Positions 22,974 to 31,347 of a stretch of 64,000 bases of DNA are shown here, piece after piece. The DNA is from Aquificaceae bacterium (GTDB taxonomy: Bacteria > Aquificota > Aquificia > Aquificales > Aquificaceae), in NCBI GenBank assembly GCA_025056375.1, contig JANWWH010000001.1, positions 2,545 to 66,544 of the forward strand, written 5' to 3'. Position 1 is the stretch's first letter, and each line of letters begins with the position of its first letter. Under the pieces are notes generated by a model. That model was given only the letters and a program-made list of their open reading frames with translations, had not been told where the DNA came from and searched no databases. A program made the translations under genes and the position numbers.

Positions 22974-23183
22974 TTAAGACAAGACCCTTACGTTTTTAGC
23001 TCTTAGTCCTTTTGCGTCCTGCTCTACTTCAAATTCTACCTTCTGCCCTTGCTCCAGAGTCTTGAAACCTCTTTGCTGTATGGCGGAGAAGTGAACGAAC
23101 ACGTCCCCTTGATTGTCATCGCGAGTTATGAAGCCATAACCCTTTTCCTTGCTAAACCACTTAACTGTGCCTGTGAATGACAT
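22974..23183 (-). CDS. Cold-shock domain protein
   Basis: [21 protein letters not shown]. Confidence 0.96.
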   Translation of the reverse strand: MSFTGTVKWFSKEKGYGFITRDDNQGDVFVHFSAIQQRGFKTLEQGQKVEFEVEQDAKGLRAKNVRVLS

Positions 23184-23269
23184 GGAACAAAAACCTCCTT
23201 AAAGATTATTACTCAAGCAAGTTCAGAAAGGTAAGGCGCCCTCCCTTTCTTCTACCTGCTCCTTTCTTA

Positions 23270-23298
23270 ATCATAGGCTATCCCCTTGTATTTGTCAA
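23270..23298 (-). promoter_or_regulatory. sigma70 promoter of csp
   Basis: TTGACA-17 nt-TATGAT on the minus strand. Confidence 0.8.
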
Positions 23299-23334
23299 GA
23301 GGTGGCATATAATTTACCTCCAAGGAGGTGAAAA

Positions 23335-23511
23335 ATGCATTTTCCCTTACCATGGCAACTGGTTCTTATACTGGTGGTGATACTCGTTATATTTGGGGCT
23401 TCAAAATTGCCTGAGTTTGGTAAAGGTCTTGGAGAGGGTATAAGAAACTTCAAAAAAGCCCTCTCAGGAGAAGAGGAGGAGAAAAGACCGGAGAGGAAGG
23501 AGCAGGTATGA
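23335..23511 (+). CDS. tatA: Twin-arginine translocase TatA (58 aa, below the ORF-track cutoff)
   Basis: AAGGAGGTG SD; [41 protein letters not shown]. Confidence 0.9.
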   Translation: MHFPLPWQLVLILVVILVIFGASKLPEFGKGLGEGIRNFKKALSGEEEEKRPERKEQV

Positions 23512-23705
23512 TACCCCAGCTCTCCTTTACAGAGATACTCCTCATACTCCTCCTGCTTCTCCTTCTTTTTGGGGCGGGCAAGCTACCAGAGGTAGGTAGG
23601 GCTCTCGGCGAAGGCATAAGGAACTTCAAGAAGTCTTTATCAGGTGAAGAGGAAAGGGTAAAGGAGGTAAAGGGTCAGGAGGTCAAAGAAGGAGAAAAGT
23701 CTTAG
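23508..23705 (+). CDS. tatA: Second TatA/TatB-family subunit
   Basis: TM plus [22 protein letters not shown]; ATGA overlap with the first copy. Confidence 0.88.
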   Translation: MIPQLSFTEILLILLLLLLLFGAGKLPEVGRALGEGIRNFKKSLSGEEERVKEVKGQEVKEGEKS

Positions 23706-24121
23706 TCGCCTTTGCCCAGTTTTTCCCTTATAACCCTCCCCAGTATACCATTCACGAACCTTGCGCAGTTTTTACCCGCATACTTTTGGGCTACCTTCAC
23801 GTAGTCAGAGGCTATAAGGGTGGGGTTCTTCGGTGACAAGAAGAGGAGCTCCGCCAGTGCCACTCTAAGGACATTTCTCTCTATAAAGCCAACCCTGTCT
23901 ATGTCCCACCTTTCTGAGAGCTCCGCTATAAGCTTGTCTATCTCCACCCCATACTCCATAAAGGTCTTTACCAGCTTTCTTATGTATCTTCTCCGCTCTT
24001 GCAAAGATATGTGGTTGATAGAGATGTAGTCCTCCACGAGGTTTTCTATCGGTTCACCCTTCATGTCCCACTGGTAGAGTATGAGAAAGGCGTCCCTTCT
24101 TGCCTGAGGCTTGTATAGCAT
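23702..24121 (-). CDS. nusB: Transcription antitermination factor NusB
   Basis: ARRDAFLILYQ, LRVALAEL, FVNGILG; start placed at the ATG overlapping the ribH stop. Confidence 0.93.
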   Translation of the reverse strand: MLYKPQARRDAFLILYQWDMKGEPIENLVEDYISINHISLQERRRYIRKLVKTFMEYGVEIDKLIAELSERWDIDRVGFIERNVLRVALAELLFLSPKNPTLIASDYVKVAQKYAGKNCARFVNGILGRVIREKLGKGD

Positions 24122-24582
24122 CAAAGACTTCTCAGGAGGTTCACCATCTCTATGACCGATAGTGCTGCCTCCCATCCCTTGTTGCCCTGCTTAGTTCCCG
24201 CCCTTTCCACCGCCTGCTCCAAAGTGTCCGCGGTTATTACACCGAAACCCACCGGTCTACCCATTTCGAGACTGACAACCGCAAGACCTTTTGCCACCTC
24301 GTTGGCTATGTATTCAAAGTGGGGTGTATGACCCCTTATCAGAACGCCGAGAGCTACCACACCGTCCACCTTTCTTCTGTTTATAAGTTCTTTAACTGCG
24401 AGGGGTAACTCCCAGGAACCCGGAACCCTTAAAAGGTATATGTTTTCCTCAAGACCACCGTGCCTGAGTATGCAGTCTACCGCACCTTCTACAAGTCTAT
24501 CCACAAGAAGATGGTTGAACCTACTGGCAACTATACCGAAGTTGAAGCCCTCCGCCTTTAAAAGACCCTCAAACCTTTGCAT
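24121..24582 (-). CDS. ribH: 6,7-dimethyl-8-ribityllumazine synthase
   Basis: [24 protein letters not shown]. Confidence 0.97.
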   Translation of the reverse strand: MQRFEGLLKAEGFNFGIVASRFNHLLVDRLVEGAVDCILRHGGLEENIYLLRVPGSWELPLAVKELINRRKVDGVVALGVLIRGHTPHFEYIANEVAKGLAVVSLEMGRPVGFGVITADTLEQAVERAGTKQGNKGWEAALSVIEMVNLLRSL

Positions 24583-25429
24583 CGCCGACCCTCCAGTTGT
24601 CTATGAGTCTGGTATCTCCTACCCATACCGCAAGGAGTATTCTGTCACCCTCCTTGACCTCCTGCACTGGGTTCAGCTTCTCGTCTCTTATATCCACGTA
24701 GTCAACCTTCCTCACGTGAGGGTGTGCTAATATAAAATCTCTTATAGCTTCTTTCAAAAAGTTAGCATCTCTGTTTCCATCTCTTAAGAGCCTCTCCGCA
24801 AGTAGAAAGGACCTGTAAAGAGAAAGGGCGGACTCCCTCTCTTCTGGGCTTAGGTAGGTGTTCCTCGAGCTTAGGGCAAGACCTTCACCGTCCCTCACGG
24901 TAGCCACGGGGACCACCTCTACGGGTATTTTAAGGTCTTTGACGAGCCTTTCTACCACCTTCAACTGCTGGTAGTCTTTTTCTCCGAAGTAGGCTCTGTC
25001 TGGCTGGATTATGTTGAAGAGCTTTAGCACCACATTACATACGCCGTTGAAGTGTCCAGGGCGGAGCTTACCTTCCAGCACATCGGTCAAACCTTTTATC
25101 TCTATGCTTACGAGGGGTCTTTCAGGATACATCTCCTCGTCGGTGGGGGCAAAGACGGCGTCTACGCCCTCTTCCTCACAGATGCCTATGTCCCTCTGTA
25201 GGTCTCTGGGATACCTTTCGTAATCTTCACCTTCTCCGAATTGCAGGGGGTTCACGTATATGCTCACTATGGTCAGGTCGTTCTGTATCTTTGATTCCCT
25301 TATAAGTTTTCTGTGCCCTTCGTGAAGGTAGCCCATGGTGGGGACAAAACCCACCGCGTGCCCCTTCTCACATCTGTGAGATCTTACGTAGTTCCTTATC
25401 TCTCTTGACCTCTTAAAGAGCGTTGGCAT
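24569..25429 (-). CDS. panC: Pantoate-beta-alanine ligase
   Basis: [32 protein letters not shown]; start placed at MPTLF. Confidence 0.96.
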   Translation of the reverse strand: MPTLFKRSREIRNYVRSHRCEKGHAVGFVPTMGYLHEGHRKLIRESKIQNDLTIVSIYVNPLQFGEGEDYERYPRDLQRDIGICEEEGVDAVFAPTDEEMYPERPLVSIEIKGLTDVLEGKLRPGHFNGVCNVVLKLFNIIQPDRAYFGEKDYQQLKVVERLVKDLKIPVEVVPVATVRDGEGLALSSRNTYLSPEERESALSLYRSFLLAERLLRDGNRDANFLKEAIRDFILAHPHVRKVDYVDIRDEKLNPVQEVKEGDRILLAVWVGDTRLIDNWRVGDAKV

Positions 25430-25452
25430 AACTGGCTTATAATTATAGCACA

Positions 25453-26031
25453 GTGTCCGCAAAGGGCAGGTTTTTAATCCTGAGAAGGTTCAGAGCTGGG
25501 GATGAGGACTTGATGCTGAAGGTTTACGGCTCCTGTGGTATGGCAAAGCTTCTCGTGCCTCGTGGCATCCTTCCACAGGAAGGCTATCTGGGTTACGCGG
25601 AGCCTTTTAACCTTCTAAAGCTGGTATACAGGCAGTCAGGAGACCTGCTCCTTCTCAAAGATGTGGTGCATGTGGAGTTTCTCTCTTATCTATCTCTCGA
25701 AAGCTACTCTGCTTATCTCTGGATGAGCTCGGTTGCCTCCTTTGTGGAAAGGTGGTTTCTTCAATATGAGCAGGAGCTCTTTGACATGACATTAAACTAC
25801 CTTACCCTCAGACCCAGAAACTCGGGAGTTTTCCTCCTCAGGTTTAAGCTGGAGTTTCTCAAGCGCATGGGTCTTTACAAGGAAGAGGTCTTTGAGGACG
25901 GTCTGAGGAAGATAGTGAGAGGAGTTATAGGGGAAGAAAACCCTAACAGACTTGAGAGGCTTAGGATATCAAAGGAAGCATTTTCAAAGCTTGAGGAGGC
26001 TATAGAAGCTTACCTCTCCGCATCTCTATAA
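25453..26031 (+). CDS. recO: DNA repair protein RecO-like
   Basis: N-terminal OB-fold pattern (ILRRFRAGDEDLMLKVYG...EPF). Confidence 0.6.
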   Translation: MSAKGRFLILRRFRAGDEDLMLKVYGSCGMAKLLVPRGILPQEGYLGYAEPFNLLKLVYRQSGDLLLLKDVVHVEFLSYLSLESYSAYLWMSSVASFVERWFLQYEQELFDMTLNYLTLRPRNSGVFLLRFKLEFLKRMGLYKEEVFEDGLRKIVRGVIGEENPNRLERLRISKEAFSKLEEAIEAYLSASL

Positions 26032-26489
26032 AGCTCAAGTATCCTATCTATTATCTTGGAGGTGGAAAGGTCAAACTCAAATTCCACCCTCCTTACTTCA
26101 CCGCCGTAGGAAAGCACAAAGTCCGCTCCTACTATCTTCTCCACTTCCCAATCCGCCCCCTTTACGAGCACATGAGGTCTCACCGCCTTTATGAGCTTCT
26201 CGGGCGTATCCTCTTCAAAGATGACCACGTAGTCCACGGGTTTCAGGCTATCAAGAAGGTATGCCCTCAAGGATTGGGGCAATATGGGTCTTCTGCGCCC
26301 CTTTATCCTCCTTACAGATTCGTCCGAGTTGAGACCAACTACCAGAAGGTCGCCTAGTTCCTTTGCCTTTTTAAGGTAGTGGGCATGTCCTGCATGGAGA
26401 AGGTCAAAGCATCCGTTGGTAAACACTATTTTACTGTTTTCTCTCAAGGGTTCAAGAACCTTTAAGAGTTCTCCCTGGCTAAGAACCAT
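26010..26489 (-). CDS. rfaE2: D-glycero-beta-D-manno-heptose 1-phosphate adenylyltransferase
   Basis: TNGCFDLLHAGH, GLNSDES, LVKGADW. Confidence 0.9.
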   Translation of the reverse strand: MVLSQGELLKVLEPLRENSKIVFTNGCFDLLHAGHAHYLKKAKELGDLLVVGLNSDESVRRIKGRRRPILPQSLRAYLLDSLKPVDYVVIFEEDTPEKLIKAVRPHVLVKGADWEVEKIVGADFVLSYGGEVRRVEFEFDLSTSKIIDRILELYRDAER

Positions 26490-27930
26490 ACCTTCTTAGC
26501 ATCAGTGCGGTGGAATATATCCTTTCATACTCTCTGGCGTTTCTTTCCCAAGAAAAGTCTCTTTTCATGCACCTTTTCACTATCTCGCTCCATTCCTTTG
26601 AGTGGTCGCACATTTGCATATCGTAGTATACCCTTGCCCTCAAAAGAGCGTGCATGAGCTCCTTGCCCGAGTATTCCTCAAAAGAAAAACCGTTACCCTC
26701 AAGGGGGTTCTCCACATAGTCGATGACCGTATCCTTTAGCCCACCCGTCGCCCTTACTACGGGCACGGTGCCGTATCTCATGGCTATCATCTGGGATATA
26801 CCGCAGGGTTCAAAGAGGGAGGGCATGAGGAAGAGGTCTGCCCCGGCAAATATCTTGTGAGCGAGCTCCTCGTTGTATTCTATCCTCACCCTCACGCTCT
26901 CCGAGTGTTTCTTCATAAAGTCTATGAGCATGTCCTGATATCTCTCCTCGCCAGAACCGAGAAATACGAGGTCAAAGCCTACCCTTACCATCTCTTGGAG
27001 TATGTCTCGAACAAGGTCAAGACCCTTCTGAGTAGTGAGCCTTGATACCATACCTACGAGAGGCTTTTCCTGAGATGTCTTAAGACCGAAGGTCTCCTTC
27101 AAGTGTTTCTTGTTTTCGGACTTACCTTTGCTATAGTTTTTTAGGTTGTAATGGTATCTTATAAACTTATCTCTTTCTGGGTTCCACACATCGTAATCTA
27201 TGCCGTTTAGTATGCCGAAGAAGTATTTTTTCTCCCTTATGAGACCTTCAAGTCCGTAGGCGTGGCTTCTGAGCTCTTCCGCATAGGAAGGGCTCACCGT
27301 GGTTAGCACATCGCAGAAGGCTACACCAGCCTTGAGAAAGTTTATCTTGCCGTAAAACTCTATGCCCTTGTAGGGATGGAAGAGCTCCCAGGGTAGGTTG
27401 AGCATGGGTAAGAAGTGGGGTTCGTATATACCCTGATGAAGGGCGTTGTGTATGGTGAATATGACGGGAACACTTGCGAGCTCTGGATAGTAGAGTTTCT
27501 TGTAAAGGGGCAGGAGACCTGTATGCCAGTCGTGAAGGTGTATGATGTCCGGCTCCATACTTAAAAGCTTTATGGTCTCGAGGCTTGCCAGAGAGAGAAA
27601 ACCGAACCGCAGGGGGTTGTCCTCATACTCACCCTTTGGCGTGGCGTATATATACTCCCTGCCGTAGTATTCAGGAAAGTCTATAAAGTAATACCTCACA
27701 TGCTCTTTTATGTCCTCGTAGAGGTTAAACTCCTGCACAGCCCCCTTAAAGGTAACGCTGCCACTGAACACTTTTCTCAGGTTGCCCTTTATCTTCGAGT
27801 ATTTAGGCATTATCACGAAGAGGGTGTGTCCGAGCCTTATCAAAGCCTTAGCAAGAGAATGGACCACATCTCCCAACCCTCCAGCCTTTACATAGGCAGC
27901 GCTCTCAGGAGCAACCATTACTATTTTCAT
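26479..27930 (-). CDS. glgA: Glycogen synthase
   Basis: KAGGLGDV, HDWHT, PSLFEPCGISQ. Confidence 0.95.
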   Translation of the reverse strand: MKIVMVAPESAAYVKAGGLGDVVHSLAKALIRLGHTLFVIMPKYSKIKGNLRKVFSGSVTFKGAVQEFNLYEDIKEHVRYYFIDFPEYYGREYIYATPKGEYEDNPLRFGFLSLASLETIKLLSMEPDIIHLHDWHTGLLPLYKKLYYPELASVPVIFTIHNALHQGIYEPHFLPMLNLPWELFHPYKGIEFYGKINFLKAGVAFCDVLTTVSPSYAEELRSHAYGLEGLIREKKYFFGILNGIDYDVWNPERDKFIRYHYNLKNYSKGKSENKKHLKETFGLKTSQEKPLVGMVSRLTTQKGLDLVRDILQEMVRVGFDLVFLGSGEERYQDMLIDFMKKHSESVRVRIEYNEELAHKIFAGADLFLMPSLFEPCGISQMIAMRYGTVPVVRATGGLKDTVIDYVENPLEGNGFSFEEYSGKELMHALLRARVYYDMQMCDHSKEWSEIVKRCMKRDFSWERNAREYERIYSTALMLRRYGS

Positions 27931-27955
27931 ACCCTACCCCCTAAAATTATAACCT

Positions 27956-28774
27956 ATGGTGGAAGGACTTTTGTTAAGATTTCTTGAAGAGGACCTGGGA
28001 CATGGAGATTTAACTACGGAGGGTTTATCTCGGGGTGAGAGGGCAAAGGGTGTTATAAGGGCAAAGGAGAAAGGGGTGCTTGCGGGCGTTCCTTTTGCAC
28101 TTAAGGTATTTCAACTTCTGGGTGATGTGAAGGTGTTGAAAGCCAGAGGAGAGGGAGAAACTTTTCTGAGGGGTGAAGAGCTCCTGGTCCTTGAAGGTCC
28201 AGCGGAGGTGCTCCTTAAGGGCGAGAGGGTAGCCCTCAACCTTCTTCAGAGGCTAAGTGGTATAGCTACGATGACAAAAGGGTTTGTGGAAGCTCTCCGT
28301 GGGACCGGTGTAAGATTGCTGGACACCAGAAAGACTACGCCAGGTTTTAGGTTTTTTGAAAAGTATGCGGTTAGGGTGGGTGGTGGCCTAAACCACCGAT
28401 ACGCCCTATACGACTTAGTGCTCATAAAGGACAACCACAAGGTGGTGGCGGGCAGTATAAGTGAGGCGGTGAGGAGGGTGAGAGAGAGGATAAGCCCCAT
28501 ATATAAAATTGAGGTGGAAGTGGAAAACCTTCAGGAACTCCTTGAAGCTCTCCACTGTGGTGTGGACATGGTCATGTTGGACAACTTTTCACCAGAGGAA
28601 GTGAAGGAGGCGGTAAAGCTCACGAGGAACAGGGTTATGGTGGAGGTCTCCGGCAACATAACCCTTGAGAATATAAAAGACTATGCTGTGGAAGGTGTGG
28701 ACTTCATATCAAGTGGTGCTATAACCCACTCCGCCAGATGGCTGGACATGAGCCTGAGGCTCTTTAGGATATAA
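27956..28774 (+). CDS. nadC: Quinolinate phosphoribosyltransferase
   Basis: GERVALN, DTRKTTPG, LIKDNH, MLDNF. Confidence 0.96.
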   Translation: MVEGLLLRFLEEDLGHGDLTTEGLSRGERAKGVIRAKEKGVLAGVPFALKVFQLLGDVKVLKARGEGETFLRGEELLVLEGPAEVLLKGERVALNLLQRLSGIATMTKGFVEALRGTGVRLLDTRKTTPGFRFFEKYAVRVGGGLNHRYALYDLVLIKDNHKVVAGSISEAVRRVRERISPIYKIEVEVENLQELLEALHCGVDMVMLDNFSPEEVKEAVKLTRNRVMVEVSGNITLENIKDYAVEGVDFISSGAITHSARWLDMSLRLFRI

Positions 28775-28796
28775 TTAAAGACTTAAGGAGGTTGGA

Positions 28797-29114
28797 ATGG
28801 TTCAGGTGCCAGAAGTTGGACCTCAGGAAGCAAAGGATATGCTACAGAAAGAGGGCGTTGTCCTGCTCGATGTAAGAACCCCACAGGAACATCTGCAGTT
28901 GAGGATACCCAACTCTATTCTTATTCCCCTTGATGAGCTCAGGTATGCCTTCAAGGAGCTCTCAAGGGATAAAACTTATATAGTTTACTGCAGGAGTGGT
29001 GAAAGAAGTGCCTTTGCCACCTACTTTCTTAGACACATGGGTTATGAAGCATACAACTTAGCAGGGGGTATAATAGTCTGGCCCTACGAAAAGGAGTCAG
29101 GACCACCTAAATGA
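28797..29114 (+). CDS. Single-domain rhodanese
   Basis: LDVRTPQE, YCRSGERS, NLAGGI. Confidence 0.9.
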   Translation: MVQVPEVGPQEAKDMLQKEGVVLLDVRTPQEHLQLRIPNSILIPLDELRYAFKELSRDKTYIVYCRSGERSAFATYFLRHMGYEAYNLAGGIIVWPYEKESGPPK

Positions 29115-29854
29115 AAGGGTTTTTCCCCCTTCTTCTCCTTTTAACTGGTTGTGGCATAAAGGCGAACCCTGAAGTGCTAAAGCCTCCTGAAGTAGAGATT
29201 AGGAGGATAGGCGAATGGGTCTATGTGAGAAGCTTATCTGGTGAGATAAGGCTGAAGGATTTTGAAAGGGCGGGCTCTTACTGGAGAAGGGAAAGGAGAG
29301 AGGCTTTCTGCTTTTATGTGGAAAGGGTAGGCGGTAAGTCCGAGAGGTTCTGCGTAGGACCTGCTGTGGAAAGAAAACCCGCTCTTCACATCCTTGAGGA
29401 GAGCAACTCCGTAAGGGTCACCGCCTCAGGTTTTGAGGCTTACAGGGTCTATCCTCTCAAGGAGGGTCTTATGCAGCTTGAAGAGGGAAAGAGCTTCGGG
29501 GGAGTTTTTAACCTTGAGAGAGATTATCGGGAAAGATGCTACCTTCTTACCGCTCTTGAGGGAAGGGTGGAAAGCCCACCAGTGAGCTTCTGCGTAAAGC
29601 CAAAGGAGCCACCGCCCATAGAAGAGGTGGAAAAACTTGAGATAAGAGAGGGCAAAGAGAAGTTATACCTGGTGTGGTCTTATCAGAAGGATTACAAGGA
29701 GTTCGTCCTCTACATGGAAGGAAGGGAGCTGGGAAGGACAGTAGGCTTTTCCTTTGAAGTTCCAAAGCCAAAGGGTAGAGCCACCTTTAGTGTAAAGGTG
29801 ATAAGCCCTCTGGGTTTTGAGAGTAAGGGGTTGGAGGTCCTTTACAGTCCGTAG
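29111..29854 (+). CDS. Hypothetical lipoprotein with FN3-like C-terminal region
   Basis: Lipobox LLLTGC; C-terminal LYLVWS...FSVKVISPLGFES. Confidence 0.7.
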   Translation: MKGFFPLLLLLTGCGIKANPEVLKPPEVEIRRIGEWVYVRSLSGEIRLKDFERAGSYWRRERREAFCFYVERVGGKSERFCVGPAVERKPALHILEESNSVRVTASGFEAYRVYPLKEGLMQLEEGKSFGGVFNLERDYRERCYLLTALEGRVESPPVSFCVKPKEPPPIEEVEKLEIREGKEKLYLVWSYQKDYKEFVLYMEGRELGRTVGFSFEVPKPKGRATFSVKVISPLGFESKGLEVLYSP

Positions 29855-31269
29855 TAGGCGGACAGAGCTACAGATACCGCCAAAGCGAGGGTCTCCGGGT
29901 CCCTCTCCCCTTCTATGGTAAAGTCGTAGGTAGGTAGCTTTTCTTCTAAAAACCTTATGCCGAAGTTTCCTGAGATAAAGTCTGGGTCTCTTATTATCTC
30001 TCTGTGTAAAGGTATATTTGTAGGAACCCCCCTCACTATAAACTCGTCTATGGCTCTCCTTGCCCTTGCCAGCACCCTGTCCCAGGTAAGTGCCCAGACG
30101 CTCAGCTTGGCTATCATGGAATCGTAGTAAGGCGGTATCACATAGTCCTTGTAAACGCCCGAGTCCATCCTCACACCCGGTCCACCTGGGGAGTAGTAGG
30201 CGGTCAGCTTGCCCGGTGCAGGTGCAAAGCCTCTTTTGGGGTCTTCCGCGTTTATCCTGAACTCTATGGCGTATCCCCGGAAGGTTATGTCGCTTTGGGT
30301 AAAGGGCAGTGGCTCACCCATGGCAACCCTTATCATGCTTTCCACTATGTCCACACCGCTAACCATCTCCGTTATGGTATGCTCCACCTGAAGCCTCGTG
30401 TTCATCTCTATAAAGTAAAATTCTTTGTTTTTGAGGTCCACAAGGAACTCCAGCGTCCCAGCACTGTAGTAGCCTACCTGCATCATCGCCCTTACGCTCA
30501 TACCCAGCATCTTTTGTCTGAGGTCTCTTGGTAGGAGGGGGCAGGGCGTCAGCTCTACGATTTTTTGGTGCTTTCTTTGCACCGAGCAGTCTCTTTCACC
30601 CAGATGGACCACATTTCCGTATCTGTCCCCCAGTATCTGCACCTCTATGTGTTTTGGGTTGTCCAGGTATTTCTCTACGAAGAGGTCTCCCTTCCCGAAG
30701 AAGGTCTCCGCCTCTCTGTAGGCAGACTCAAAAAGCCTAGGAAGGTCTTCCAGACTTCTTACCACCCTCATACCCCTTCCACCACCCCCATAGGCGGACT
30801 TAAGTATTACAGGAAGCCCTATGTCTTTTGCGTAGTGCAGGGCATCTTCGTAGTTTCTCAGTGGGTCCGGAGAGCCGGGTATGGTTGGTATGCCTAACCT
30901 TTCCATAGCCCTTTTTGCCTTTACCTTGTCACCGAAGAGCTCTATGTGCTCGGGAGAAGGTCCTATAAAGGTTATGCCCTTGCTTTCGCAGTATCGGGCA
31001 AAGTCTGCGTTCTCTGCCAGAAAGCCGTAACCGGGATGTATGGCGTCCGCACCCACGGACCTTGCCAGGTCTACTATCCTCACATAGTCCAGATAAGCCC
31101 TTACCGGGTCGCCGGGAAGCAAGTAGGCTTCATCCGCCTTTTTCACGTAGAGAGATTTGGCGTCCGCCTCCGAATATATGGCCGCAGTCCTTATACCCAG
31201 CTCCTCACAGCCCCTTATTATTCTCAGAGCTACCTCACCCCTGTTTGCCACCAGCACCTTTCTAAACAT
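29842..31269 (-). CDS. Biotin carboxylase subunit (pyruvate carboxylase subunit A-like; 2-oxoglutarate carboxylase small subunit not excluded)
   Basis: KVLVANRGE, HPGYGFLAEN, GGGGRG, EMNTRLQVEH, YDSMIAK; start placed at MFRKV. Confidence 0.9.
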   Translation of the reverse strand: MFRKVLVANRGEVALRIIRGCEELGIRTAAIYSEADAKSLYVKKADEAYLLPGDPVRAYLDYVRIVDLARSVGADAIHPGYGFLAENADFARYCESKGITFIGPSPEHIELFGDKVKAKRAMERLGIPTIPGSPDPLRNYEDALHYAKDIGLPVILKSAYGGGGRGMRVVRSLEDLPRLFESAYREAETFFGKGDLFVEKYLDNPKHIEVQILGDRYGNVVHLGERDCSVQRKHQKIVELTPCPLLPRDLRQKMLGMSVRAMMQVGYYSAGTLEFLVDLKNKEFYFIEMNTRLQVEHTITEMVSGVDIVESMIRVAMGEPLPFTQSDITFRGYAIEFRINAEDPKRGFAPAPGKLTAYYSPGGPGVRMDSGVYKDYVIPPYYDSMIAKLSVWALTWDRVLARARRAIDEFIVRGVPTNIPLHREIIRDPDFISGNFGIRFLEEKLPTYDFTIEGERDPETLALAVSVALSAYYGL

Positions 31270-31347
31270 GTTTATAGATTTTAACCTACGGAGAGTATCT
31301 TCAAATTGGAAAGCACTCCACCTTGCAAATGTATCCACAAAGCATAG

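Noticed and set aside
23303-23317. sigma54-like TGGCATATAATTTAC upstream of tatA
   Set aside because: The -12 GC is replaced by AC; a sigma70 TATAAT explains the site better.
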